A DNA stretch of 64,000 nt from Phoronis australis (lineage: Eukaryota; Animalia; Phoronida): positions 1,506,548 through 1,570,547 of the forward strand of contig NMRA01000025.1 of assembly GCA_002633005.1 (NCBI GenBank). Reading direction: 5' to 3'. The position numbers and the translations under genes are program-made. Under the pieces are notes generated by a model, which had not been told where the DNA came from, searched no databases, and saw only the letters and a program-made list of their open reading frames with translations. Of the stretch, positions 52,153 through 64,000 are shown in pieces (positions within the stretch are counted from its first letter, which is position 1; each line of letters opens with the position of its first letter).

Positions 52153-55100
52153 GTCGGTGTTGGTCATGTTTCCTTGTAATGTTGCTGTAGCTAAAAATCT
52201 GATGATCGTTATGTTGTCAAATTATAGTCAGTGACTGACCTTAACTCTTTGTTGGTCACCCAGCTGTGTTGTGACTACTGGTCAGTTGATAAAGATTTGT
52301 CTTAATCAATGGACAACAGTGTCCACCCTCTCGACCTAGCTCAGTAGGAGTTTCATACACTTGAAGCTTTCGGCAAATTATGCCTCACACCGACTAAGAC
52401 ATCAAAGTCACGTTGTTATGAATATCTTATGTGCATAGAGGGAGGCACTAGTCGGATATAATGGACCCTAACATATTCCAAATAAAAAATCCACTAAATG
52501 TGCGTCTAAATGAAGGATTTTGGCATCGTTGCATTCCTCAGGCGTACATATCCGCTTCACGACCCTCGATTACTCCGGTTTATGACTACACTATTCCGAA
52601 CTTGGTCCACTTTAGCCACGCACTTTGGTGAAATCGGCAGCCATTTCAGGGAAATTACTATACTTTGCGCCATCTATCAGCGATCTGCTACAACACGCTT
52701 TTTGATCAGTCAACATCATTGGTCGATTTCATCAATTAACGTCATCGTTATTAATCATTGTTATGTCTGCTCTCGTCATCTCCTTCGCTGTCTCTCTCAC
52801 GATCGTATCTGTCATCGTCATGTTATTGTCATCCAAAAATGCCATCAAAATGTAACATTACCCTTTGGAGCCTCTTTCACTTTGTGTGCACAGCGACTGT
52901 CAATCTACATATGTGTTTGTTCAACCAAAGACAATACAACAAGAGTAACAAATTTCTTCTTGTTAAAATGATAAAATGCGGCAAACATGTTTCATTGTAA
53001 CTTATATATGTTTCAAATGATTTTGATGTCATGCCCATAAATACTGTTACAATAATTCCTACATTGTTGCACTATGTAAAAATTCATATGTCTTGCAGAT
53101 GTAGAAATATTCCTATATGGTTCAGAACAAAAGCATTGTTCAGCTATAAAGTTGCTCTCATTATGTCTCAAAATGAATTTGGTTATACAAGTTGTACCCC
53201 TTCTCGCCACAGTCGCCCATTAACTTTCCCGAAGTGTTGGTCACGCTTGTCAATTTGGCAGATTTTATCAGGAGTTGTCGAACTCAAATCAAATTTTTAC
53301 GGAAGGACAATGGTCTACAGAGCATTGTTTTGATTCAAAGATTAAAGCTTGTGTTAAGTTGGCGTTAATATTCGTTGATGGTCAAAATAAGGGTTAGTAT
53401 CCTTGCACAATTCCAAGTTAGTGTCTTACATGTGGGGCTTCACACACACAGACACGCGCACACACATAATACCTTATTCCTATTTGAAGCCACTCACAGT
53501 AACAAAATCAAACCAAAATATGTAAATGAAATTTAAACTGGCGAATGTAGCCTGAGAGGAAATCGGTTAACTTCACTTGGTGTTTTTGATCTAATTCACA
53601 AACTATTTTACTGCATTAACAAAGCTCTGAAATGGTCTCAATACCACAACAGGGGTTTAAAAATTGCATTATTTGGTTTTTAAGGGTGTTTTTTGTCTTA
53701 AAAGTTTATTATTGGATGAGTATTGATGGAATATTATTGTAAGTTTTTATTCATTTTTTTGTTGTTTACAGGAGAAGCAAGCATACGGTGGTGTCCTACA
53801 AAGATGCGATTTTTGTTTTTGGAGGTGACAACGGGTAATTGTGATGTAGATAACATTATCCTGTTAATTAGTCAAATGTTATTACTAGTCACTTTATGAT
53901 TCTTTCCAGTGTCTTGAAAACAACAGAAAAAATATAAAAATCCTTGTGTGATGTCTTTATGTAAGTATAATTGCAATACCTTCATGTTAGAACAATTGCC
54001 AAATCCATTTTTAGTTCTATTTCATTGGCGGATCTACAGGAGGGAGAGGTTCGAGGATTTTATGCCTTTCCTAGTAAGAAATGTCCCTAACTTCCTGTCC
54101 CTGAAACTGTAGATCTGCCCCTGTCTTTAAGAGATGTGATGTATTGGCATCAAGATTACTCTTGCTTACAGTTTTGTTGCTTTTATTTATTTGATGGAAG
54201 TGTGTTTAGTGAACACCATTTGTTGTGTTTCTACTGTCTGTTTACTTACTCGTGTTTCACTTATCTTATTAATTGAACAATTTTTATGTTTTACAGGAAG
54301 AACATGCTGAATGATTTGCTTAGATTTGACGTAAAAGAAAAATCATGGGGAAGGTAAAAAATTTTTGTAAAAATATTAAACCTCAATAAGATCTCGCCAA
54401 TTTAGGACACAGTATGACAGAAAAGTGAAATTTTATTTTTTTTTTACTTTTTTCCATAAAAGATCTGTTACCAGCACAACATTCCAAGTTCTGTATCATA
54501 GCAGCAGTCTTGCAATGTTTGGAGAATTAGTGGGCATTCACAACAATGTTAGAAACCTTTGAAAAATAGAAATGGGACATTATTAGCACATATTTTTGCC
54601 CAAAATTGGTGAGGTTCTCTTGCTGTTATTCAAGTTTTATGGAAAAATGTTTGACAAAGTCAATATGAACTTATAGTGTGTAGTGCACTTGTCAACCAAG
54701 TACTTTTTGACTAAGTACATCACAAACATTATTCCATCCTTAGCTCTGATTATGTTCTTTCTTCAGCGCCTGTACTCCCGGGGAGAATGCAGGACTCACA
54801 ATAATAACTACCTGTGTATCCATACCACCAATGTTTAAAAGTCACATGAGATCTACTATCTTATCCTGGTGCTCATGATTTTCTTGGTACAGTTGACGAA
54901 ATTGAGCTGCTGTAAGAATTTCAACTTTTGTACATGTAAGTTGTAGCCTGGTGCTCAACTACTGCCTGTACTTGTGCTACCCTCACATATTAAAAGTGAA
55001 AAATTATTAAAATCACTTCTTTACATTTTTCCAATAAATTGGCCTGTGAACATCATTACGTTTGTCATATTTATCATGAATGTCACGTGCGGTCATTTTT

Positions 55101-58100
55101 GTTGTGAAATCCGGTAAATGTGAATTTAGAAAGGAACAACATTGAACAAAGTTTGAGCTCATTTGTTGAAGAAATATTCTCTTAATTGTAAAGCAATTCA
55201 AGTTTGTGTCATGATTTCAGGGCACTGACCACCGGTAGTCCACCTGCTCCGAGATATCACCATTCAGCTGTTGTGTACGAAGGAAGCATGTTTGTCTTTG
55301 GTAGGATTCCAACATTAAAACTTTCACCAGTGATTGAAATATGTCAACATTCTGCTACCATTTGTTTCCATTCAAAGTAATCTAAAGCTGTTCTGCTCTG
55401 ATGAAAAGTTTTATACGAGTTGAAGAAAAAGTATTTTGAGGTAGAAAGGGATGCTGACTTGTCTACGTGTGATTGGTTGTGCCTATTTCTTGGTCCTTAT
55501 GTCACAAAATCCATTTGTTGAGTCACAAATAACAGGTGACTACAGTGAGCTACACGGTGCTTTGACCTTACTTTTGACGGTCTGTGAGTCTTAGAGCTTA
55601 GTGTATGGTTGAGCAAGTGATGGGAAAATTTTCACTAAATTAAGCCGTTTTGTTAATTGCTTTGTATCATTTAGTGCTGGTTTGGCTTTTATATTTTCAA
55701 TTCTGCCCAGCTGAGAATATTTCCTAAATTGAAATTTGTGCCAAGTGCCTGATTGTTTTCTGTAATGTTACGTAACTTTTATTCGCTTTGTAGTACTTCT
55801 GCTGATATTCAACATACAAAGTTTGTTTTGATATATGCTAAAGTAAAACTTGTGTTTTGACATTGAGGGGGTTGTCAGAACAAATTTGCCCAGCAGCTCA
55901 GATGTTTTCTTTATACTGGCTCGTGGTTATTTGCAGGTGGGTATACAGGTGATATCCACTCCAACTCAAACCTCACGAATAAGAATGACTTGTTTGAGTA
56001 CAAGTTTGCCACGGGCCACTGGGTAGAATGGAAACTGTTTGAAGGAAGGTAAGATTTCCAGTTTTTAATTAAAACTATATGAAATACAAGAAGATGTATG
56101 TTCATATAAATCATATTAAAATCCCATTGTTTCGAGCATTCTTCTTTTGTGTGTGACACACCCTAAGAGAAAAAGCAATGCTTGGAGCAATAATTTTTTT
56201 ATTTTATTTTATATTAGTGTCTCCCCTTATATTTTAGACTTACAATTTCACTCGGTTTTTCTTCCGCAAAAGCAATGGCTTATAACATCTTTTAGCTGCT
56301 GTTTAGTTGTCAATATTGAATGCTTCGGGATTTCAAAACATTACCACACTCAACCAAAATTGAAGATGAAGATATAATTTGAAAACTAGAGATTGAAAAA
56401 TTAGTTGTTTCTGGTGGTCGTACAAAAAGCCAAAGTGCTGAAAAGGCTTGTTGTACCAGAAACACAGACACAGGAGAGCTAAAATTTCGAATCAAGTTGG
56501 AGAAATCTTAGAAAGGCTGAAAGGCAATGTTTTTGATTTCTCATCATGAAGTCGTCATTTTCACCAATCTGTGAGGCCTCCGTGTTTTCAAGTAGAAGCT
56601 GAAAGAATGACGAAGAAAGATGTTCAAAACAGTTAGTCTTTAATATCATGCGTGTCGGCATTTATGCTCTAAATTATTTCCTTTTCTACTACTACCATCT
56701 GTTTATCAATATTTTGCATGATATTTGTTACAGTATGCCAGTGGCCCGAGCAGCCCATGGTGCTGCCATCTATGAGGGTAAGATGTGGATATTCGCTGGC
56801 TATGACGGCAATGCCCGACTAAATGACATGTGGTGTGTGTCACTGAAGGAGGAGTCAAGGCACTGGGAAGAGGTGTGGCTTAGCAGTGTTTGACATGTTA
56901 CGGACAGTATTTGATAAGGCTCTGTCACTTAACCGTTTCATTTGAATCCTTTTTAGACAGGCTTCAGGTTTCAGTGCATGGTGTATTGGAATCGAGGATG
57001 TTATGTGGCGAATTCAAATCCCACAAGTGTAACAACAATGCCACCTCAAATTCTATAGACTGCCCAAACTGAAGAATATTTACCGTAATGCTATGTCCAT
57101 ATTAAATGGATTAGACAACATTTACTGGATGGTACCATGAAGAATGCATTTCCATTTTGCTTAATAAACAGAACAGAAAGCTAATCGCCAATATCAGTAT
57201 TAGGGCTTTCCTTGGATAAATTTCTCATGTGACTAATTAAATGTAGACACTTGCTGGACACTTGTGATGAGAATTTCCTCTCATGGAACAGCAGTAGTGA
57301 GTTTGCTGTCAGCTTTGTCCTTAACTCAACACCATCTCCAACCAATAGCTTTAGCATGGTGTGGCCTAATCTTGCCAAACGTGCAAGAAACTTGTCACAA
57401 GGANAATTAGTTGTTTCTGGTGGTCGTACAAAAAGCCAAAGTGCTGAAAAGGCTTGTTGTACCAGAAACACAGACACAGGAGAGCTAAAATTTCGAATCA
57501 AGTTGGAGAAATCTTAGAAAGGCTGAAAGGCAATGTTTTTGATTTCTCATCATGAAGTCGTCATTTTCACCAATCTCTGAGGCCTCCGTGTTTTCAAGTA
57601 GAAGCTGAAAGAATGACGAAGAAAGATATTCAAAACAGTTAGTCTTTAATATCATGCGTGTCGGCATTTATGCTCTAAATTATTTCCTTTTCTACTACTA
57701 CCATCTGTTTATCAATATTTTGCATGATATTTGTTACAGTATGCCAGTGGCCCGAGCAGCCCATGGTGCTGCCATCTATGAGGGTAAGATGTGGATATTC
57801 GCTGGCTATGACGGCAATGCCCGACTAAATGACATGTGGTGTGTGTCACTGAAGGAGGAGTCAAGGCACTGGGAAGAGGTGTGGCTTGGCAGTGTTTGAC
57901 ATGTTACGGACAGTATTTGATAAGGCTCTGTCACTTAACCGTTTCATTTGAATCCTTTTTAGACAGGCTTCAGGTTTCAGTGCATGGTGTTTTGGAAACG
58001 AGAATGTTATGTGGCGAATTCAAATCCCACAAGTGTAAAAACAATGCCACCTGAATGACTTGATTCTGCAAAATGTCCTTGTCAAATTGTTTATATCATC

Positions 58101-61100
58101 AGAATTACATATCCTATGTACATGAGATTTTGTAATAGCAACAGTGTATTTATTGTAAATCATGAAAACATGTAACTCAGATTTTTTTTTTGATAAAACC
58201 GTCAAAAATTCCAATTTACAGTAAAAAAATGTCCAATTGGACTGTGAATTATTTCGCTCAGGGTCGGAGCTTTTCCTAAATTCCAGACATAGGCAATATT
58301 GGACTCCCCAAATATAAGAGTCACCGGAAAGATAGCAAAATTATCCACTCTGTAGATTGAAAACTCATGGTCCAAAAGTTGAGAAATATGGTGAACGCCA
58401 AAATTGCTTTCGTCCCAAATTACAGAAGGAAGAAAATTCAATTCTTCTGCGGAGTTTTCGTGTCCCAAATTCTAGAGACTGCCCAAACTGGAGAATATTT
58501 TCCGTAATGCTATGTCTATATTAAATGGATTAGACAACATTTACTGGATGGTACCATGAAGAATGCGTTACCATTTTGCTCAATAAACAGAGAACAGAAA
58601 GCTGATCGCCAATATCAGTATTATGGCTTTCCTTGGATAAATTTGTCATGTGACTAATTAAATGTAGACACTTGCTGGACATTTGTGATAAGAATCTCGT
58701 CTCATGGAACAGCAGTAGTGAGTTTGCTGTCAGCTTTCTCCTTAACTCAACACCATCTCCAACCAATAGCTTTAGCATGGTGTGGCCTAATCTTGCCAAA
58801 CGTGCAAGAAACTTGTCACAAGGAATCCACCAGTGATTGAACTTTGTGTCACAAGTGCCACCTGGTGACTGCTGAGCTCTTCGTTGTCTGTGTTTGCATT
58901 TCACCACAGTGATTGAATTACAGGTTGACCAGACAGGCTCCATCCCACCCACTTGCTGCAACTTCGCCTTGGCCGTCTCCAGGGACTGTATGTTCGTCTT
59001 CTCGGGGCAGAGCGGAGCGAAAATCACTAACAACCTCTTTCAGTTCAATTTTGCTGAGAAAATGTGGACTAAGATCTCCACAGATCACATCCTAAGAGGA
59101 ACGCCGCCTCCACCCAAGCGACGATATGGCCACACTATGGTCACGTACGATAGGTATCTCTACGTGTTTGGAGGGGCAACGGGGCAGACTCTGTCAAACG
59201 AACTACACAGGTATGTTAATTTTATATGTGAGCATTGAAGTGCTGCTGAGCATCATTTGGTATTATAGAACTATAGTCACCAATGTCCAAATTGACCTAT
59301 CGCCAGGATTTTGGGTGACTGCTTCACTGACCAATCAGAATGCAGCATTCTTGACACACCTTTGTTTCCAAGCTGCCATTTTACCCAACAAACAACATAT
59401 TTTTTGTCTGTTGACTTTTCGCAAGGGGGCGGAGCTATTTTTGACACGCAACAGATGGTAGTCAATTGCACTACATCTCTAAGTCTCTCTGCATCATGTT
59501 AATGTTTGCATCATTGCTTAAGATGTATCTTGTTTAGCTTTTATCCACAATGAATATTATTTATGCATATAATATTTACACACTCATGTGTGGCAGTAAA
59601 AAAGGTACACTGAAAATATCTTTTGCTTTTTATTTTTTCGAAGCTAACTTCACAAGTGATGTTCAGGGTTGTGTGACATTCATAGGCACTTGAACGTTAA
59701 TAACAAAACATAATAATGACACGTTAATGTTATGGTAAAAATTCTCCAGTTTGGGTAGTCTATAGGATTTGGGACAATAGAATTCATGCAAAAAATTATA
59801 TTTTTTTGATTCTGAAGATCTGAACACGGGCAATTTCGGTGTTCGTCATATTTCTCAAATATTGGCACTGGATTTTGTATCAATAAAGTCTAAAATAAAA
59901 TTGTCAAAAATAGCTGCTGACAACAGTTTTTTCTTGTAATTCTTGAATTTGGGATGGCCAATATCGCCTATTTCTAAAATTTTATTCAAGCAAATTTGTT
60001 AGTTTTTCAATGCCCCAAACTGGAGAATGTTTACCATAATCATAAGGAATATAGTTTTGCAAAGATCTCAGCCAGATAGAAATTTCATGATGATACTGAT
60101 GAGGGTAATTCCAAAGTATTCGTCGCATCCGTTACGCTCAAAAACACCTCAGAATTCGTTCCTTCTAAACTCTACTGAGGGGGAGACTCCGCTGTATCTT
60201 ATTTTTACCTTAAGGGGTTAAAAAATTGTAGTATACTAGACCTACAAATTGAAGGGACAATACTCTCGTCAGTTATGCAACATTTTTTCTTGTAACGGAG
60301 GGAACGAATACTGTAGTATTGCCCGTCAATGACCAATAAGAATACTGTAGTATTGCCCGTCAATGACCAATAAGAATACTGTAGTATTGCCCGTCAATGA
60401 CCAATAAGAATACTGTAGTATTGCCCGTCAATGACCAATAAGCTACATGCTGTGAAACAAAAGTGGCATCAAGCTGTCACATACTATTGTGATCCCCTTC
60501 TTTAAATTGGTGTTTTTGATGCTTACGTTTTTTACTCTTCAAAATTTTTGTGACATTTAGTTGTAATATATCCCAATAGTCGTGTTCGCGTGTCTTCCAG
60601 CTTTGACCTAGATTCTCACACCTGGTCAGTGGTTGTGGCTGCTGAGGGCAGTGAGGTAGGTAATGTAGTTGTATGTGGATGTAGTGATTGTTGTATTCGC
60701 TCCATCATTTTGATAGTATAATAATTCTTCGCCACTATATGTGGTCAATTGGAATTATATTGCATGAAATTTTCAGCAAAACAAAAATTAAGAAAAATTT
60801 ATTCTCATTGCAAGTCTTTGACTTTCAGCTGTGGCCAAACAACTCAGTTATTTGTCCCATGCTAGTTGGCCTTTCAAAAATGACAATTGTAACCTTTTTT
60901 CTGAGAAAATGTACTTCAATTTTTACCAGATACTAAATGTGAACTCCTTAATATGTGCTTTATGGTTAAAACCATCATTTAGCCATTTTCAAAAGGGGTT
61001 TTCATCCTAGGTCCAGAGCTAGTGACTCAAGTTGTGAAGAACTAAACTATTCATTAATTTTTTTTCTGCGAAAAGCTGAAGTTACTGGCTATTCTCTATA

Positions 61101-63326
61101 GAGTAGTTTTTGTTTTGGGCTCTCTTTGCCCCTGAAGTGGTTCTTAAAGGGGCACTATCGATTTACACTTGATAAGCTCATTTTTATATGATCAGGGATT
61201 GTCTTCTTGAAGTTATTAGCTTTAAACAGGAGTCTGTTTCGCTGTTTCATGTAAAGTCACTCGAGACTTGACTCAGAAATTTGGTCTTGGGCTCCACATA
61301 ACTAAAGAATAAAATATCTGAGAATATTCTCATAAGTGTTAATTATTGGGAAAAACACAATTATTTCCAGGCAGTGTTGTTGTGTTAATAATTTCATGAG
61401 TAAATCTTTATTTGTCAACTGTGACATGGGAGCGTAAGACCAAATTTCTGTCTTGAATCTTAAGTTACTTTTCTTGAAACATAACCCAGAGCTATAAAAT
61501 CCATTGTTATTGCGTTTTTGTTAAAAATGACCAATTCTCGCCATTCTCTGCCAAATATTCGCTGAAATCAAGGCGGGTGACTTTACTTGTTAAATTCGCT
61601 TAAAATTCTCGGCCATTTGTGGAGTGGGATTTAGCTCCTCTAGCAGAGTGTTAGTCAGTGACCATGGAGGTTACAGGCTCAACTCTGTGCTGAAGCTGTT
61701 CTCAGAAAATTTTTTCTCGCCGATAATGTCCCTTTAAAACAATGGATTTTGTTTGAAATTAAAAAACAAATTTTTGATTATCTTAGAGTACATGCTTTTT
61801 GATAATATCTAGTGGCTTTGAAATGATTGTAATCTGTTATTATTCAGACATCCAATTGATAAATGTACTAAAGGCTGTTCCAGTAAAATCTGTATGGGAG
61901 GGGGGGAAGGCACCTTTTTTGCACCCACCACCCATATTTTTCATTTATTTCTTCAGCCTACCACCCGTAATTTTTTATAAGTTTGAAATTCAACCACCCG
62001 TAATTTTTTTTTGTTGTGGTTGACTGCACAGGCGCTTGAGTTTATCTGTTCCTCCATCACCACTAACATCATTCATTACTAAGAAAACATATGTTTCTTA
62101 TATATGGTTATTAGCCATCGAGAAATTTGAGCACTTGTGGTTAACTGGTGTTATGGGCATGCCGATGAGGAGATCGGAGGGAATGAAAAAGTCGGAGCTT
62201 TTTGCAAGTTGCATTTTTGTTTCTGTTTTTGATTCTGTGCGGATTGTTTATAAAATTTACTAAAATTACCCACCATCAAACATTTATGGCCCAATGAAAC
62301 AACAACGACCTGTAAATTTTTATTTTTTTGAAGTACGACCACCAGCCATTTTGAATTTAAATCAAACGCAACCACCCATAAATTTTTATTTCAGTTGCCT
62401 TCCCCCCCTCCCACACAGATTTTGCTGGAACAGCCCTAAGTATTAATATTGTTAATGTCTCAGCATTTTGGCTGTGTATTTTGCATGTTTGCTGCACGGC
62501 ACATCGTTGGTGTGTCAGAAAAAATGAAAAAATGTCAACAGTTTTAAAGATCAGATAAGTCTCAAATCATCAAATAAAAGCTAGTGTTTTAGTTCTTTTT
62601 TATCCCACTTTATTCAGTTAATTCTGATTAGCGGAAAACATTTTTGCCGGTTTTTGTTTTCTCCAAGATACCGTGCGGTCGCTTATTCCACGCCACAGCC
62701 ATGGTGGGTGAAGTGATGTATATATTTGGTGGTACAGTGGACAACAATGTACGCAGCGGCGAAATCTACAAGTTTCAGGTATGTCTCTTACTTGCTACGG
62801 AATCATGGTAAAACTGGAGCTAAAGATTCTGCGATGATCAAACTTAGTTGCTATGGATTTGCAATTTAAAGCTTTTTCTGAAGCACAAAGTAATAAACGG
62901 CAATTTATAGGATTATTAGCGTGGCCTTCAACTGTTTGGGTAAGTGCGTCTTGAACTGATCATCAAATGTGTGCTCAGTTAAACTATTAGGGTAATATTA
63001 TTTTCTTCCTTTTGCTTTTCAATCTGTGTGGTTCCTCACCCCTTCTGCTACCAGTAATACATTGATTGTACTTAAGATAGTATTTACATCTTGCTATATA
63101 TATTTGATGTAATTCATATTGAAATTGTTGTGCTAAGCCTGTTGGGATTTTTTAACCAATGGGTGTTCATTGTTGTGCTTAAAAAGATTCTGCAATATGT
63201 GGTATTGTTTAATAATTGATTGATACATTTTAGTTTTCCAGTTACCCCAAGTGTAGCTTGCACGACGATTTTGGAAGGTTGCTTGAAAGTCAACTGTTCT
63301 GTGATATTGATTTTATTGTGGGTCCA
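52007..63326 (+). CDS. LZTR1: Leucine-zipper-like transcriptional regulator 1 (Kelch-BTB CUL3 adaptor), 5' part; continues past the window
   Basis: Exons 52007-52152, 53772-53834, 54297-54353, 55221-55300, 55937-56048, 56734-56872 (duplicate 57740-57878), 58924-59210, 60601-60655, 62668-62778, 63234-63326 give 381 codons in frame. Diagnostic motifs: [77 protein letters not shown]. Confidence 0.97.
53772..53834 (+). CDS. LZTR1: LZTR1 exon 2
   Basis: [21 protein letters not shown]. Confidence 0.93.
54023..54123. mobile_element. CA(T/G)TGGCGGA MITE relative
   Basis: tattt|CATTGGCGGATCTACAG...CTGTAGATCTGCCCCTG|tcttt. Confidence 0.65.
54297..54353 (+). CDS. LZTR1: LZTR1 exon 3
   Basis: [19 protein letters not shown]. 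Confidence 0.93.
55221..55300 (+). CDS. LZTR1: LZTR1 exon 4
   Basis: [27 protein letters not shown]. Confidence 0.93.
55937..56048 (+). CDS. LZTR1: LZTR1 exon 5
   Basis: [31 protein letters not shown]. Confidence 0.93.
56734..56872 (+). CDS. LZTR1: LZTR1 exon 6, copy A
   Basis: [33 protein letters not shown]...WEE. Confidence 0.8.
57405..58824. repeat. Duplicate of 56399-57403 (probable uncollapsed haplotype) with 413 extra bp
   Basis: Starts immediately after the N at 57404; extra segment 58053-58465. Confidence 0.9.
57740..57878 (+). CDS. LZTR1: LZTR1 exon 6, copy B
   Basis: Exon sequence identical to copy A. Confidence 0.8.
58924..59210 (+). CDS. LZTR1: LZTR1 exon 7
   Basis: [18 protein letters not shown]...RRYGHTMV...SNELH. 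Confidence 0.94.
59732..60037. mobile_element. MITE-like element with ATGGTAAA(A)TTCTCCAGTTTGGG TIRs
   Basis: Ends are inverted repeats; a related end occurs at 58461-58507. Confidence 0.55.
60306..60441. repeat. 34-bp perfect minisatellite x4
   Basis: GAATACTGTAGTATTGCCCGTCAATGACCAATAA. Confidence 0.95.
60601..60655 (+). CDS. LZTR1: LZTR1 exon 8
   Basis: [18 protein letters not shown]; cttccag| and |gtaggt. Confidence 0.9.
61148..61733. mobile_element. Kolobok-like non-autonomous element (TTAA TSD) with nested Harbinger-like MITE 61229-61487
   Basis: ttaa|AGGGGCACTATCG...CGATAATGTCCCT|ttaa. Confidence 0.6.
61872..62436. mobile_element. PIF/Harbinger-like MITE, ~42-bp TIRs, TAA TSD
   Basis: taa|AGGCTGTTCCAGTAAAATCTGTATGGGAGGGGGGAAGGCA...TGCCTTCCCCCCCTCCCACACAGATTTTGCTGGAACAGCCC|taa. 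Confidence 0.8.
62668..62778 (+). CDS. LZTR1: LZTR1 exon 9
   Basis: [37 protein letters not shown]; AAG acceptor. Confidence 0.92.
63234..63326 (+). CDS. LZTR1: LZTR1 exon 10 (start of BTB domain)
   Basis: [31 protein letters not shown]. Confidence 0.92.
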
Positions 63327-63744
63327 GTAAGTTTTATTCTGGTTCTATATGACAAGGTCATAATTGTAAAGGCTTTCTTTCTTGTAAGAGACCTCTGGTC
63401 GACATTACAAATGTATAGTCCATAGAGGAGTACGGAATATCAAAAGGCAAAATTAATCTGTTTCAAAGAACTTATGCCGATGATTGTCAATAATATTTAT
63501 CAATTTCAAGTATTTATTTCGTCCACCTTTATTGTATACAGGTAAAAGCTGTAGATGTAAACCAGAATATGAATGATTACAGTTGCAAAGGAAGTGTATT
63601 TCTGATTTCACCTTTCCACCATTCTATCTCAATCAATACCACGAAACTTTCAATAAACTGTAAGTACAAGTGTATGACAGGAGTATGAGAAAGCTAGTAT
63701 CCACAGAAGCCAATGCCTAAAAGAAAATATGCTGCAAATATTAA

Positions 63745-63960
63745 ATATACATATACATACACGTACATACATATATATACATATATTAACTTATATACAT
63801 AATACATACTATTAACTTATATATATAATACATACTGGTAATACATATATACATAATACCTATATACATAATACATATATACATAATACCTAATACATAT
63901 ATACATAATACCTGTATACATAATACATATATACGTAATACATATATACATATATTATAT
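63745..63960. repeat. AT-rich (TACA/TA)n low-complexity repeat
   Basis: Direct reading. Confidence 0.9.
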
Positions 63961-64000
63961 TCCTTTTTTATAAATTTGTGAAATACTTTTATCTTTCTTC

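Noticed and set aside
52510-52971. 153-aa ORF in LZTR1 intron 1
   Set aside because: No recognisable domain; repeat-like, low-complexity composition.
60306-60441. CRISPR-like 34-bp repeats
   Set aside because: Head-to-tail with no spacers, no cas genes, eukaryotic intron.
22076-63326. Conserved synteny with human 22q11 LZTR1-SLC7A4
   Set aside because: SLC7A4 is a cationic (CAT) subfamily member, whereas this gene is a LAT/heteromeric light chain. The similarity is probably coincidental.

Overview
AT-rich, intron-rich animal (invertebrate metazoan) genomic DNA from a draft assembly, with one 462-N gap and single-N joins at 1742, 11943, 31377, 43060 and 57404. The species cannot be determined from this window. 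Three spliced genes can be rebuilt by hand with consistent GT-AG phases. (1) A small gene encoding a signal peptide, a single V-set Ig domain, a GKR-containing linker and a hydrophobic GPI-signal-like tail; it is present twice (3264-7359+ and 8644-11751+). (2) A complete 11-exon, 495-aa SLC7 L-type/heteromeric amino-acid transporter light chain on the minus strand (51107-22076). (3) The 5' ten exons of LZTR1 (Kelch repeats plus the start of BTB) on the plus strand (52007 to beyond the window end), head-to-head with the transporter about 900 bp away. Three local duplications each abut an N and are most likely uncollapsed haplotypes. The window also holds a hAT (ZMYM1-like) transposase 3' fragment, several MITE families with 5-bp TSDs, a 55-bp polymorphic mini-MITE, Harbinger- and Kolobok-like MITEs, a Helentron-like element carrying a phased array of CTCF-like motifs, and several mini- and microsatellites. 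No CRISPR array, rRNA or bona fide tRNA was seen.
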